Counted from the first letter of the stretch, positions 1 to 9,309 are shown. The stretch is DNA of 25,786 nt from Candidatus Krumholzibacteriia bacterium (GCA_028696635.1 JAQVGR010000001.1:1-25786); one strand, 5' to 3'. Notes: a model not told the origin generated them from the letters alone. A program made the numbers and translations.

Positions 1-184
1 AATAGGTGTACGCGGGCAGAAGCTCGCCGCTCGCTTCCATGAAGGAGCCTCGAAGGTAATAGAGCAGCGCGTTCCGGTCGAGGCGCTCCTGCGCGCCTAC
101 CGGCGCCGCGACCGCCAGAAACGCCGCAAGCGCCGAAAGAGCCAGCGCCGCGCCGATGATCGATCCTCGCTCACGCCTGTACAT
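1..184 (-). CDS. Secreted/exported protein, N-terminal part only (runs off window start); possibly TPR-type
   Basis: Not in the ORF track; manual translation from ATG at 184 gives MYRRERGSIIGAALALSALAAFLAVAAPVGAQERLDRNALLYYLRGSFMEASGELLPAYTY, a basic N-region, hydrophobic core and VGA-Q signal peptidase I-like site, with a promoter immediately upstream. The TPR guess rests only on the YYLRG...E..G.L..AY pattern. Confidence 0.7.
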   Translation of the reverse strand, partial: MYRRERGSIIGAALALSALAAFLAVAAPVGAQERLDRNALLYYLRGSFMEASGELLPAYTY

Positions 185-190
185 GCTATA

Positions 191-219
191 AGTATACGCC
201 CTTGCCGCTGTCCGGGCAA
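191..219 (-). promoter_or_regulatory. Sigma70-like promoter for the leftward gene (TTGCCC-N17-TATACT), 6 nt from ATG
   Basis: Minus strand: TTGCCC at 219-214, 17-nt spacer, TATACT at 196-191, then tatagc and ATG at 184; no Shine-Dalgarno possible in between. Confidence 0.6.
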
Positions 220-256
220 AGCGAAAGGCGCCCCGTACTGAAGTTCGGGGTCCGCA

Positions 257-286
257 TTGACAGCGCTCGCCGGCGGGGAGTATACT
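257..286 (+). promoter_or_regulatory. Sigma70-like promoter for the FadL-like gene (TTGACA-N18-TATACT)
   Basis: TTGACA at 257-262, TATACT at 281-286; purine-rich SD (GGAGAGGAAGGA) precedes ATG 341. Confidence 0.7.
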
Positions 287-340
287 CCGTAACGAGACCC
301 TCCGCAGCTCGATCGCGCCCCTGGAGAGGAAGGATACGCA

Positions 341-1666
341 ATGAAGCAGAAGATAGCGGCGATCGGCGCCGCGATGATCGCCACCGCCGTCATTTCGTCG
401 GCAGCCGGGGCACAGCTTCTCGGCGTGCTCACCGTAGAGCGCCTCTCGATACTCGACGAGCCCTGGGCCGGAGCGAGGGCGTGCGGCATGGGCGGGGCTT
501 ACACCGCCGTGAGCGACGACCCCCTCGGAGTGCTTTACAATCCGGCGGGGATCGCGCGCGCCAGCGGGAGCGACGTCTCGCTCGGCATATACGAGCGCTG
601 GCAGGATGTCGAGCATGTCTACGACGGCGCCGGATCGGCCGCGTCGGGCTCGTATCTCTCCTTCGGACACATCGGCGCGATCCTCCCCTACTCCAGCTAC
701 TCGACCGACATCTACTTCGGCGTCGGGGTCTTCCGCACGGGCGGCTCCGATCTCGAATACGTCAGGACAGGCGAACGGCCCGATCTCGGCGGCGATATCA
801 GGAACGTCCTGCTGCAGGACGGTTCGGTCTACCAGTACCGGTTCGCCGTCGCCGGCAAGCTCTCACCGGCCGTCTCGGTCGGCGCCGCCTTCGTCCTGTG
901 GGACGGGAACCCCCGGTTCCTCGAGGAGATCTCGTTCCAGGGGGCGGCCGACTCGAGCTACGTCTTCTCGGACGACGTGACGGCGAATCTCGACGGGGTC
1001 AGCTTCGATTTCGGGGTCCACGCCCGCCTGGGACGGCTCTTCGACGCCGGGCTGGTCGTGACGACCCCCACATGGCTCGACTACGGAGGCGACGGGGTGG
1101 AGCGATACTCGGGCACCTGGCCCGACGGGTCGGGCTGGACGACCGATCCGTACTATTTCCGGGTCGACGACGAAATCACCCTCCCGATGACCATCCGCGG
1201 CGGCGCCGCGCTCCGGACGGAGCCGCTGACCGTCAGCGCGGAGGCGACCTGCGCCGATTACACGCAGACGAAGTACAACGGCAGAACCCTCTATCACGAG
1301 GACGATCCGCGCATCGACGTGCTCAAGCAGGTCTGGTCGTACCGGATTGGAGCCGAGCTGCGCGTCCCGAGGACGACGCTCTCGCTCCGGGCGGGGTATG
1401 CGTACCAGCCTCTCCCCGTGCGCGGGATCGACGAGATGACCTATGTCGAGGAGACACCTGACGAATTCTGGCTCGTGACCGACTGGCAACTCGGAGCAGT
1501 CACGAGCGAGCGGCGGCTCTTCACGTTCGGAGCCGGAATCGTCATTGACCGGAGCCTTTCCGTAGACGCGGCCGTGACGACGGGTCGCTTCGAACGCGAG
1601 ACGCTCTACCTGGCCGAAACGAGGGAGCTCACAGAGCTTCTCGTATCGGGATCGTTCCGCTTCTGA
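341..1666 (+). CDS. Outer-membrane beta-barrel, FadL/OmpP1/TodX (hydrophobic compound channel) family
   Basis: Signal peptide; N-terminal GARACGMGGAYTAVSDDPLGVLYNPAG motif typical of the FadL-like superfamily; alternating amphipathic strands; C-terminal Phe (SFRF); SD and promoter present. Confidence 0.75.
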   Translation: MKQKIAAIGAAMIATAVISSAAGAQLLGVLTVERLSILDEPWAGARACGMGGAYTAVSDDPLGVLYNPAGIARASGSDVSLGIYERWQDVEHVYDGAGSAASGSYLSFGHIGAILPYSSYSTDIYFGVGVFRTGGSDLEYVRTGERPDLGGDIRNVLLQDGSVYQYRFAVAGKLSPAVSVGAAFVLWDGNPRFLEEISFQGAADSSYVFSDDVTANLDGVSFDFGVHARLGRLFDAGLVVTTPTWLDYGGDGVERYSGTWPDGSGWTTDPYYFRVDDEITLPMTIRGGAALRTEPLTVSAEATCADYTQTKYNGRTLYHEDDPRIDVLKQVWSYRIGAELRVPRTTLSLRAGYAYQPLPVRGIDEMTYVEETPDEFWLVTDWQLGAVTSERRLFTFGAGIVIDRSLSVDAAVTTGRFERETLYLAETRELTELLVSGSFRF

Positions 1667-1702
1667 AATCGCTACGGGATATCGACGCGTCCTCGCGCCC
1701 GT

Positions 1703-2614
1703 TCATCGCCCGCCGAGGACGCCGGGGCTGATCGCCTCGGCAAACTCCTCGAGCAGAAGCACCAGCCGCGGACCGGGGATCGACGCATGATCGCCGGTGA
1801 GGATCGTCACCCTGCCCGTGCGCACCGCGCGCAGTTCCGCGGCGCCCTTCCAGCCGCCGGTTATGCGCTGCAGGCCAAGGCGCCGGGCGTCGGCGGCCGG
1901 CACGATTTCTATGATCACCTCGGGATCGAGGTGAAGCATGCCTTCCATCGACAGCTCGGGATAAGCGGGAACGCGGGAATCGATGGCGTTGCGCCCGCCG
2001 GCCGCCTCGAGGAGCTCGTCGTAGAAGGTGCCCCGCCCCGCCGCGCATATGCCGGCCGGCGAGGACCCGTACGCCCGAGAGACGACGACGAGCGTCGAGG
2101 GCCGGTCTGAGGCCGATGTGAGACGGCGCACGGATTCGATGCGCCGCTCGATCGAGGCACGGACCGCCGCCGCGGAATCCGCAGCGCCGCACCGCCGGCC
2201 GATCGTCGTGATCGACGAGAGGATCTCTCCGATCGTCTCGTTTCCCACGGCGAGACACTGTATGCCGACCCTCTCGAGAACGGACCCGGCACTCTCGTGG
2301 GCGGGAAGCATGACGACGAGGTCGGGCTCGAGGGCGACCACCGCTTCGACGTTCGTGTCGTAGTACCCGCCGACCCGCGGCAGCAGCGCGGCCTCGGGCG
2401 GATAGTTGCAGAACCGCGTGGCGCCGACGAGACGGTCGCCGAGACCGACGGCGAAGAGAATCTCCGTGATGTTCGGAGAGAGCGAAACGATGCGCCGGCA
2501 GGGCTCGCGATCCCCCGCCTCGGACGCCGGTCCGCATGCGGCGCAGATCAGAACGAAGAGGCACAGAACGGCTCCGATGGCGCGTTGCCACGGCGATCCG
2601 CAGCCGCCGGTCAT
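1703..2614 (-). CDS. Helical-backbone ABC substrate-binding lipoprotein, BtuF (cobalamin)/siderophore-like
   Basis: RIVSLSPNITEILFAVGLGDRLVG, VGGYYDTNVEAVVALEPDLV, LSMEGMLHLDPEVII and IPGPRL motifs; lipobox-like ICAAC; start overlaps the upstream stop (TGATG). Confidence 0.85.
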   Translation of the reverse strand: MTGGCGSPWQRAIGAVLCLFVLICAACGPASEAGDREPCRRIVSLSPNITEILFAVGLGDRLVGATRFCNYPPEAALLPRVGGYYDTNVEAVVALEPDLVVMLPAHESAGSVLERVGIQCLAVGNETIGEILSSITTIGRRCGAADSAAAVRASIERRIESVRRLTSASDRPSTLVVVSRAYGSSPAGICAAGRGTFYDELLEAAGGRNAIDSRVPAYPELSMEGMLHLDPEVIIEIVPAADARRLGLQRITGGWKGAAELRAVRTGRVTILTGDHASIPGPRLVLLLEEFAEAISPGVLGGR

Positions 2615-3102
2615 CAGTCGGTTTTGCGGCTGATGCCCTTGAGCAGCGACAGGTATGCCTCGTCGAGACGTGAGAGCATCTCCTCCGAGAGTCCGCCGCC
2701 GGTCTCCATGATCTGCGTATAATGCTGCTCGAGGTATCGGCAGAGAGAGACCGCGCCGCTTCCGATCTGCCCGTCGACGAGCTTCCGCGCCTCTTCACGG
2801 GCGGCCCGGAACGGCTCGTCCTCCTCGCGGCCGTCGACGTTGTGGATGTACTCGTTGAGCAGCTGGAGCCAGTACGCGTCGTGCCTGCCGCCGTTATCGA
2901 AAACACAGCCCGGCTCGCCGACGAGGAAACAGTACCCGTATACGAAATACGAGCAATGAAGCATCCCCGTCAGGAAGAGCCTCCGGTGACAGTCGATCGA
3001 CATCTCCTCCATGGCGCACGGAAGCCTGCACTCCGCGCAGAGAACGGCCGGATCGCCTCCGAATGTGAATGGAAACCGTCTTGTTGCGGGCCGCGCGTTC
3101 AT
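2614..3102 (-). CDS. Hypothetical Cys/His-rich protein (162 aa)
   Basis: Fills the gap between rnc (stop 3107) and the btuF-like gene (1-nt overlap); N-half has CAEC plus five more Cys; no family recognised. Confidence 0.65.
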   Translation of the reverse strand: MNARPATRRFPFTFGGDPAVLCAECRLPCAMEEMSIDCHRRLFLTGMLHCSYFVYGYCFLVGEPGCVFDNGGRHDAYWLQLLNEYIHNVDGREEDEPFRAAREEARKLVDGQIGSGAVSLCRYLEQHYTQIMETGGGLSEEMLSRLDEAYLSLLKGISRKTD

Positions 3103-3106
3103 ACGA

Positions 3107-3865
3107 TCAGTTATGCACCCGCCTGAGCTCCTTGAGGGCTTCCTTGGCAGCCATCTGCTCGGCGTCCTTCTTGCTCTTGCCCCGCCCCCGCCCGAGGAGC
3201 CCGTGGCCGGCGCGGACCTCGACGAGGAAGATCTTGTCGTGCTCGGGGCCTGTCGTCGACCTGATCCGGTAGCGCGGGTACGTTCTGAACTTGCGCTGCG
3301 TATACTCCTGCAGGTGGCTCTTGTAGTTGATGTGATCGCTGTGCTCGAGGGTCACGTCGACTTCGTCGAGGATCGTCTCCTCGATGAATCGCCTCGCTTC
3401 CTCGAGACCGCCGTCGAGGTAGATGCCTCCGATCACCGCCTCGAGAACGGCCGTCTGAATAGAGTCCTGCCCGTGGACTCCTCCTCTGAACGCGTTCTCG
3501 CTGAGGATGACGTGATCCTTGAGGCCGATCGCTTCGGCCTTCTTGGTGAGGACCGTCTGGCTGACGAGCAGGGATTTCTTCTGCGTCAGCTGCCCTTCGT
3601 TCTCTTCGGGGAAGTTGCGAAGCAGGAAATCGGTCGTCACGAGCGCCAGCACCGAATCCCCGAGGAACTCGAGCCGCTCGTACGTGATCCCCGGCTCGCC
3701 CGGCTTCAGCTCTCCGAGCGTCGATCGATGCGTGAGGGCTTCTACGAGGATGTCGCTGTTCGCGAAACAGTACCCGAGTTTGCGTTCGAGCTCCGAAAAC
3801 CTCGACGGCGCGGCCTGCCTCCGGCGGCTGAACAGTCTTTTCACTCTTTCGATGGACCAGCCCAT
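3107..3865 (-). CDS. rnc: Ribonuclease III
   Basis: ALTHRS, signature ERLEFLGDSVL, EAVIGGIYLDGG, dsRBD NYKSHLQE...GKSKKDAEQMAA. Start moved from 4000 to ATG 3865, just after the fabF stop. Confidence 0.97.
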   Translation of the reverse strand: MGWSIERVKRLFSRRRQAAPSRFSELERKLGYCFANSDILVEALTHRSTLGELKPGEPGITYERLEFLGDSVLALVTTDFLLRNFPEENEGQLTQKKSLLVSQTVLTKKAEAIGLKDHVILSENAFRGGVHGQDSIQTAVLEAVIGGIYLDGGLEEARRFIEETILDEVDVTLEHSDHINYKSHLQEYTQRKFRTYPRYRIRSTTGPEHDKIFLVEVRAGHGLLGRGRGKSKKDAEQMAAKEALKELRRVHN

Positions 3866-3879
3866 ACGACTCGAATCCG

Positions 3880-5121
3880 TCAATCGGCGAATCTCCTCAG
3901 CAGGAGACTTACGTTGTGTCCGCCGAATCCAAGCGAATTGCTCAGGGCAAATTCGAACTCCTTGGGCATGGCTTTGTTCGGCACGTGGTTGACAGCGCAC
4001 TCCGGATCGATGTTGTCGAGGTTCGCGGTCGGAGGCATGATCTGCTCGATCAGGGCGCGCGCGGTCATGATGAACTCGAGCCCTGCCGCGGCGCCGAGCA
4101 TGTGGCCGGAGCAGGACTTTGTCGAGCTCACGTGCAGATCGTCCCTCCCACCGAAGACCGCGACGATCGCCTCCGCTTCCGCCTTGTCGTTGTACTTCGT
4201 CGAGGTGCCGTGCGCGTTGATGTAACCCACCCGGTCGAGCCCGATCCCCGCGTCGCGCACGGCGCGCCGCATCGCCTCGCCCGGGCCGATCCCTCCGGGT
4301 GCCGGAGCGGTCATGTGGTAGGCGTCCCCCGTCATGCCGACCCCGGCGAGCTCGGCGTATATCGTCGCGCCTCTCGCGCGCGCGTGAGCGAGCTCCTCGA
4401 GCAGGACGATCCCCGCTCCCTCCGCCATCACGAAGCCGTCCCGGTCGACGTCGAAGGGGCGGCTCGCCCGCCGCGGTTCGTCGTTGCGGGTGGAGAGCGC
4501 TTTCATGGAGCAGAACCCGCCGAGGGCCATCGGGGAAATCGTTCCCTCCGTCCCGCCGGTGAGCATGGCATCGGCATGGCCGGCCTTGATGAGCAGGTAC
4601 GACATCGCGATCGCGTGGCCGCCCGAAGCGCAGGCCGAGACGGTCGCGAAATTGGGGCCCTTCAGGCCGTATCTGATGGATGCCAGACCCGAGGTCATGT
4701 CGATGATCATCAGCGGGATGAAGAAGGGGCTGATCTTCGAAGGCCCTTTCTCGAGGTACACGGCGTGCTGCTCCTCGAAGGTGAGGATGCCCCCGATCCC
4801 GGAGCCGATGACGACGCCGAAGTTCTCGCGGTCGAACTCGGCTCCCTCGAGATCCCGCATTGCCTCGACGGATGCCGCCATCGCCAGCTGCGTCGACCGG
4901 TCCATCCGCCTGGCGTCCTTCTTGTCGATGTACTTCAGCGGATCGAAGCTCTTGACCTCGCCGCCGATCTGCGAGCTGAACCCGCTGACGTCGAAGGCCG
5001 TGATCCTGTCGATCCCGGACCTTCCCGCGCTGATGTTCAGCCAGTTCTCCTCGACGGTCTCACCGCAGGGGCTCACGAGCCCCATGCCGGTAACGACCAC
5101 GCGTCTGCCGTTCGCGGACAC
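3880..5121 (-). CDS. fabF: 3-oxoacyl-ACP synthase II
   Basis: RRVVVTGMG start, catalytic ACASG, HGTST, GHMLGAAAG, SNSLGFGGHN; GTG start. Confidence 0.97.
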   Translation of the reverse strand: MSANGRRVVVTGMGLVSPCGETVEENWLNISAGRSGIDRITAFDVSGFSSQIGGEVKSFDPLKYIDKKDARRMDRSTQLAMAASVEAMRDLEGAEFDRENFGVVIGSGIGGILTFEEQHAVYLEKGPSKISPFFIPLMIIDMTSGLASIRYGLKGPNFATVSACASGGHAIAMSYLLIKAGHADAMLTGGTEGTISPMALGGFCSMKALSTRNDEPRRASRPFDVDRDGFVMAEGAGIVLLEELAHARARGATIYAELAGVGMTGDAYHMTAPAPGGIGPGEAMRRAVRDAGIGLDRVGYINAHGTSTKYNDKAEAEAIVAVFGGRDDLHVSSTKSCSGHMLGAAAGLEFIMTARALIEQIMPPTANLDNIDPECAVNHVPNKAMPKEFEFALSNSLGFGGHNVSLLLRRFAD

Positions 5122-5172
5122 TCTCTGTCTCTCCGATCACTGATGGTGTGTGCGCGCTCTCCCGACCGATCG

Positions 5173-5412
5173 CTACTCGGTCACGTGCGCCTTTACGTAA
5201 TCGATCGCTTCGCCGACCTTCGTGATCTTCTCGGCCTCTTCGTCGGGGATCTCGACCCCGAACTCCTCCTCGAGCGCCATCACGAGCTCGACCGTATCGA
5301 GCGAGTCGGCGCCGAGATCGTCGATGAACGACGCTTCGACGGTGATCTGGTCCTGATTGACCGACAGCTGATCCTCGATGACCTTCCTCACGCGTTCCTC
5401 GATCGTTGCCAT
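5173..5412 (-). CDS. acpP: Acyl carrier protein
   Basis: [20 protein letters not shown] phosphopantetheine motif; SD AGGAGG. Confidence 0.98.
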   Translation of the reverse strand: MATIEERVRKVIEDQLSVNQDQITVEASFIDDLGADSLDTVELVMALEEEFGVEIPDEEAEKITKVGEAIDYVKAHVTE

Positions 5413-5440
5413 GCTTCAGAAACCTCCTTGCCTGAGTCGA

Positions 5441-6199
5441 CTACCGTGCCATGACCATGCCGCCGTCGCAGTTCACGACCTGCCCGGTCACGTACGACCC
5501 GAGATCGGAAACGAGGAACAGGACCACATTGGCCACGTCCCCTCCGCTCCCGAACCGCCCGAGCGGTATCATGCGACGCATCTGATCCTGTACCTCTTCG
5601 GGTAGAACAGCCGTCATCGGCGTGTCTATGAAACCGGGGGCGATCGCGTTGACCGTCACTCCGCGAGGAGCGAGCTCCTTCGCGGCCGATTTCGTGAAAC
5701 CGATGATCCCTGCCTTGCTGGCGGCGTAGTTGCTCTGACCAGCGTTCCCCATCTGCCCGATCACCGAGGCGATGTTCACGATGCGGCCCGACCGCTTCCT
5801 GAACATGTGCTTCGCCACCGCCCTCGTCATGTTGAACGTGCCGGTGAGATTGATGCGCAGGACGCGCTCCCACTCCTCGCCGCTCATGCGCAACAGCAGG
5901 TTGTCCCGCGTGATCCCCGCGTTGTTCACGAGGATATGGACCTGCTCGCGCCATTCGAGGACCTCCCGGACGCAGCGCTGCACGTCCTCGGCGTCCGACA
6001 CGTCGCATCTGAGCGCGAGCGCTCCGCGCCCGGCCTCCTCGACGAGACCGGCCGTCTGGGCCGCGCCCTCCACGTCGACGTCGAGAACGGCCGTATCGGC
6101 GCCGCTCCCCGCGAGGGCGAGGCATATATCCCGCCCGATGCCGCGGCCGGCGCCGGTGACGATCGCCGTTGTTCCTTCGATCCCTTTCATATCGACCAT
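5441..6199 (-). CDS. fabG: 3-oxoacyl-ACP reductase (start may be ATG 6190)
   Basis: TGAGRGIG, NNAGITRD, YAASK catalytic motif, VNAIAPGFIDTPMT; position in fab cluster. Confidence 0.96.
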   Translation of the reverse strand: MVDMKGIEGTTAIVTGAGRGIGRDICLALAGSGADTAVLDVDVEGAAQTAGLVEEAGRGALALRCDVSDAEDVQRCVREVLEWREQVHILVNNAGITRDNLLLRMSGEEWERVLRINLTGTFNMTRAVAKHMFRKRSGRIVNIASVIGQMGNAGQSNYAASKAGIIGFTKSAAKELAPRGVTVNAIAPGFIDTPMTAVLPEEVQDQMRRMIPLGRFGSGGDVANVVLFLVSDLGSYVTGQVVNCDGGMVMAR

Positions 6200-6201
6200 G
6201 C

Positions 6202-6231
6202 TCTATAGCAAAAGCCCGCGCGGTTCGTAAA
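6202..6231 (-). promoter_or_regulatory. Candidate internal promoter before fabG (TTTACG-N18-TATAGA with TG extension)
   Basis: Minus strand reads tttacg aaccgcgcgggcttttgc tataga gcATG; no SD before either fabG ATG. Confidence 0.35.
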
Positions 6232-6236
6232 GCATT

Positions 6237-7187
6237 TTATGAGACGGCGACGGCTTCGATCGCCGCGGCGACCTGATCGGCCGTGCCCACCGATGCGACC
6301 GGACGGTCGCGCCGAATCCGTTTCATGAGGCCGGTAAGGACCTTGCCCGGTCCGACCTCCATGATCTCGCCGTCCCACCGGTCGGCGAGCGCGGTCATCG
6401 AGTCGGACCACAGGACCGGGCTTGTCAGCTGGCGCGAGAGCGCGTCGATGATCTCGCCGGAGGCCCTGACGATCTTCGCATCGGCGTTGGTAATCACCCC
6501 GACCGGCGCGTCGCCGACGGGAAAGCTCCTGATATAATCGACCAGCTCGGTCTGCGCGGAGGCGACGAGCGGCGAGTGGAACGCCCCGCTCACGTTCAGA
6601 CGGACGACCTTCGAGGCACCCTTCGACTCGGCGATCCGCATCGCCTCCTCGACCGCCTCGATCTCTCCCGAGACGACGATCTGGCCGGGCGCGTTGATAT
6701 TGGCCGTTACGACGGTGCGCCCGCCGGACGCCGCCTCCCTGCAGACCTCGTCGACGACCTCGCGCTCGAGGCCGATGATCGCAGCCATCGTGCCCGGCTG
6801 CCTGAGCCCCGCCTCGTACATGAGCTCGCCGCGCCTGCGGACGATCCGCAGCGCGTCGGTCCATTCGAGGGCCCCGACGCAGGCGAGCGCCGAGTACTCG
6901 CCGAGGCTGTGCCCCGCCGCGATCGCCGGTTCGACGCCCGCCTCCTCGCTCAGGATCCGCGCGACGACCACGCTGCAGAGCAGGATGGCCGGCTGCGCGT
7001 TGCGCGTCTCGGTGAGGACCTCGGGATCGCCCTGGAAACAGAGCCTGGAGAGCTTCATTTCGAGGATATCGTCGGCCTGCCGGTAGATCTCGGCGGCGGC
7101 GGGAAACCGCTCGGCGAGGTCCTTTCCCATCCCCGCGTACTGCGAACCCTGCCCGGGGAAGAGCATCGCCGTCTTCTTCGCTGCCAT
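6237..7187 (-). CDS. fabD: Malonyl-CoA:ACP transacylase
   Basis: FPGQGSQ, GHSLGEYSAL catalytic motif, VSGAFHSPL, EVGPGKVLTGL; SD AAAGGAG fits ATG 7187 better than GTG 7190. Confidence 0.97.
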   Translation of the reverse strand: MAAKKTAMLFPGQGSQYAGMGKDLAERFPAAAEIYRQADDILEMKLSRLCFQGDPEVLTETRNAQPAILLCSVVVARILSEEAGVEPAIAAGHSLGEYSALACVGALEWTDALRIVRRRGELMYEAGLRQPGTMAAIIGLEREVVDEVCREAASGGRTVVTANINAPGQIVVSGEIEAVEEAMRIAESKGASKVVRLNVSGAFHSPLVASAQTELVDYIRSFPVGDAPVGVITNADAKIVRASGEIIDALSRQLTSPVLWSDSMTALADRWDGEIMEVGPGKVLTGLMKRIRRDRPVASVGTADQVAAAIEAVAVS

Positions 7188-7233
7188 CACGTCTCCTTTA
7201 TCCGTCCGGAGCGCCGTTGCGACGGGCCCCGCA

Positions 7234-8232
7234 TCAATACCGCGCCAGGACCGCGCCCCAGGTGAGCCCGCCGCCGAAGGCGACCATCATCACCAGGTCC
7301 CCCTTGTGCAGCGTGCCGCCGTCCCTGAGCTCCGAGAGGGCGATCGGGATGCTCGCCGAGGAGGTGTTCCCGATCCGGTCGATATTGACGACGACCTGTT
7401 CCTTCGCGAGTTTCAGGCGTTTCCTGACCCCCTCGATGATGCGGATGTTCGCCTGGTGGGGGATCAGGTAGTCAATGTCGGAAAGCTGCAACCCCGCCTC
7501 GTCGAGGGTGCTGCGCGCCGCGTCGACCATCGCGCGGACGGCGTACTTGAACAGCCCGTCGCCCCTCATCTTGACGTACTGCTGGCGTTCCGCTATCCGT
7601 TGCGCGTCGAGCGGCATCCGCGAGCCGCCGCCGGGGACGTAGAGAAGCTCGCCGAGCGAGCCGTCGCACTGCATGAACGTGCCGAGAATCCCTTCGCCTT
7701 CGGGGCCCTCCTCGAGGACGACGGCGCCGGCGCCGTCGCCGAATAGGACGCACGTCGCCCGGTCCTCGTAGTCGAGGATCCGCGAGAGCACCTCGACCCC
7801 GACGATCAGGATCTTCTTCGCCCTGCCCGCGGCGATCAGGGCGTGGCCCGTGGTCAATCCGTATACGAACCCCGAGCAGGCCGCCGAAAGATCGAACCCG
7901 GCGGCGCGCTTCGCCCCGAGCCGGCTCTGCAGCAGGCAGGCGGTGGCGGGCAGGGACATGTCCGGGGTCACGGTGGAAACGATGATCAGGTCGAGCTCGT
8001 CCGCCGCGACCCCGGCGTCCTCGATGGCGCGCCTGGCCGCGTTCAGGGCGAGATCGCTCGCCGCCTCGGACTCGTCCGCGATGCGGCGCTCGCGGATCCC
8101 CGAACGCGTGACGATCCACTCATCGCTCGTATCGACCATCTTCTCGAGATCGAAGTTGGTCAGCACCCGCTCGGGCAGGTAATGCCCGATCCCGGTGATC
8201 CGCGCGCCTTTCGGCTGAATCCCTCTCGTCAC
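7234..8232 (-). CDS. fabH: 3-oxoacyl-ACP synthase III
   Basis: ITGIGHYLP, AACSG (Cys), PHQAN (His), GNTSSAS (Asn), AFGGGLTWG; GTG start overlaps plsX stop (GTGA). Confidence 0.96.
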   Translation of the reverse strand: MTRGIQPKGARITGIGHYLPERVLTNFDLEKMVDTSDEWIVTRSGIRERRIADESEAASDLALNAARRAIEDAGVAADELDLIIVSTVTPDMSLPATACLLQSRLGAKRAAGFDLSAACSGFVYGLTTGHALIAAGRAKKILIVGVEVLSRILDYEDRATCVLFGDGAGAVVLEEGPEGEGILGTFMQCDGSLGELLYVPGGGSRMPLDAQRIAERQQYVKMRGDGLFKYAVRAMVDAARSTLDEAGLQLSDIDYLIPHQANIRIIEGVRKRLKLAKEQVVVNIDRIGNTSSASIPIALSELRDGGTLHKGDLVMMVAFGGGLTWGAVLARY

Positions 8233-9230
8233 GACCCTGTCCCTCCGACCTTTTCCTTGATGCGCCTGTTCACGCCGTTGAGCACGAACCGCTCGGCCGC
8301 GAGAACGGCGTTCCTGACGGCCTTGGCGGACGATCCGCCGTGACCGATTATCATCACTCCATCGACGCCGAGCAGCGGCATTCCCCCGTACTCGGCATAA
8401 TCGAGGGTCCGCTTCATATGCGAGAAAGCGGGCCTCATCAACAGGGCCCCCGCCCTCGCGAGCAGGCTGTCCTCGATCCCCTCGCGCAGCAGCGTGCCGA
8501 CGTACGAGACGATGCTCTCTGCGAACTTCAGCAGCACGTTGCCGACGAATCCGTCGGTGACGACGACGTCGACCGTGCCGGATATGACGTCCCGGCCCTC
8601 GACGTTCCCCGCGAAGTTCAGTCCGCTCGCCGCGATTCGCCGGTGCGCCTCGCGCGTCAGATCGTTCCCCTTCGAAGGCTCCTCGCCGATGCTGAGCAGT
8701 CCGATCCTCGGATTCGTCCGTCCGAGGAAGAGCTCCGCGTAGGCGGAGCCCATCAGGGCGAACTGCTCGAGATGGACCGGCAGGCATTCGGCGTTCGCTC
8801 CCCCGTCGAGCACTATCGTCCCGCCGTTGCGGGACGGATAGAGGATCGCGATCGCCGGCCTGTCGATCCCCGGTATCCTCCCCAGCGAGAGCAGCGCGCT
8901 CGCCACCGCCGCCCCGGTGTTCCCCGCGCTGACCACCGCTTCGACCGCTCCCTCGCGGTGCAGACGGGTCGCGACGGCGATCGATGAATCCTTCTTGCGC
9001 CGGATCGCGGTGGCGGGGCTCTCCGACATCCCGACCGCCTCCGACGCATGCACGATCTCGAGGTGGTCCGTCGGCAGGGCGCTCTCCGCTATATGGCGCT
9101 CGATCTCCTCCCGCCTGCCCACGAGCACGATCGTGAACCGCCCCGCCCCCGCGGCAGCCGCCTCGGCGGCTCCGTCGATGATATCGAGGGGCGCCCGGTC
9201 ACCGCCCATGGCGTCCAACGCGATCTTCAT
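8229..9230 (-). CDS. plsX: Phosphate acyltransferase PlsX
   Basis: MKIALDAMGGD start, VSAGNTGA, IDRPAIA, LDGGANA, GNVEGRD, TDGFVGNV, GMPLLGVDG, HGGS; start moved from 9953 to ATG 9230 with GGAGA SD. Confidence 0.97.
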   Translation of the reverse strand: MKIALDAMGGDRAPLDIIDGAAEAAAAGAGRFTIVLVGRREEIERHIAESALPTDHLEIVHASEAVGMSESPATAIRRKKDSSIAVATRLHREGAVEAVVSAGNTGAAVASALLSLGRIPGIDRPAIAILYPSRNGGTIVLDGGANAECLPVHLEQFALMGSAYAELFLGRTNPRIGLLSIGEEPSKGNDLTREAHRRIAASGLNFAGNVEGRDVISGTVDVVVTDGFVGNVLLKFAESIVSYVGTLLREGIEDSLLARAGALLMRPAFSHMKRTLDYAEYGGMPLLGVDGVMIIGHGGSSAKAVRNAVLAAERFVLNGVNRRIKEKVGGTGS

Positions 9231-9309
9231 CGTCTCTCCAAGCCGCGCCCGTCCCCGCCCCGGCGCGCCGAAGGCGATTGGCGTACGGCCGATGCCCCCG
9301 GAGAAATCC

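Noticed and set aside
185-340. Cobalamin riboswitch near the porin or the btuF-like gene
   Set aside because: No B12-box or core motifs seen; the region is explained by two divergent promoters and btuF has no leader of its own.
202-1461. Arg/Gly-rich same-strand alternative-frame ORFs (also 10074-11102, 12861-13535, 14400-15539, 16160-16963, 18010-18945)
   Set aside because: Low-complexity R/G/P translations typical of off-frame reading of GC-rich genes.
341-1666. Type IX secretion PorV call
   Set aside because: The N-terminal motif is shared, but the 441-aa length and lack of T9SS context favour a FadL/TodX-like channel; not fully excluded.
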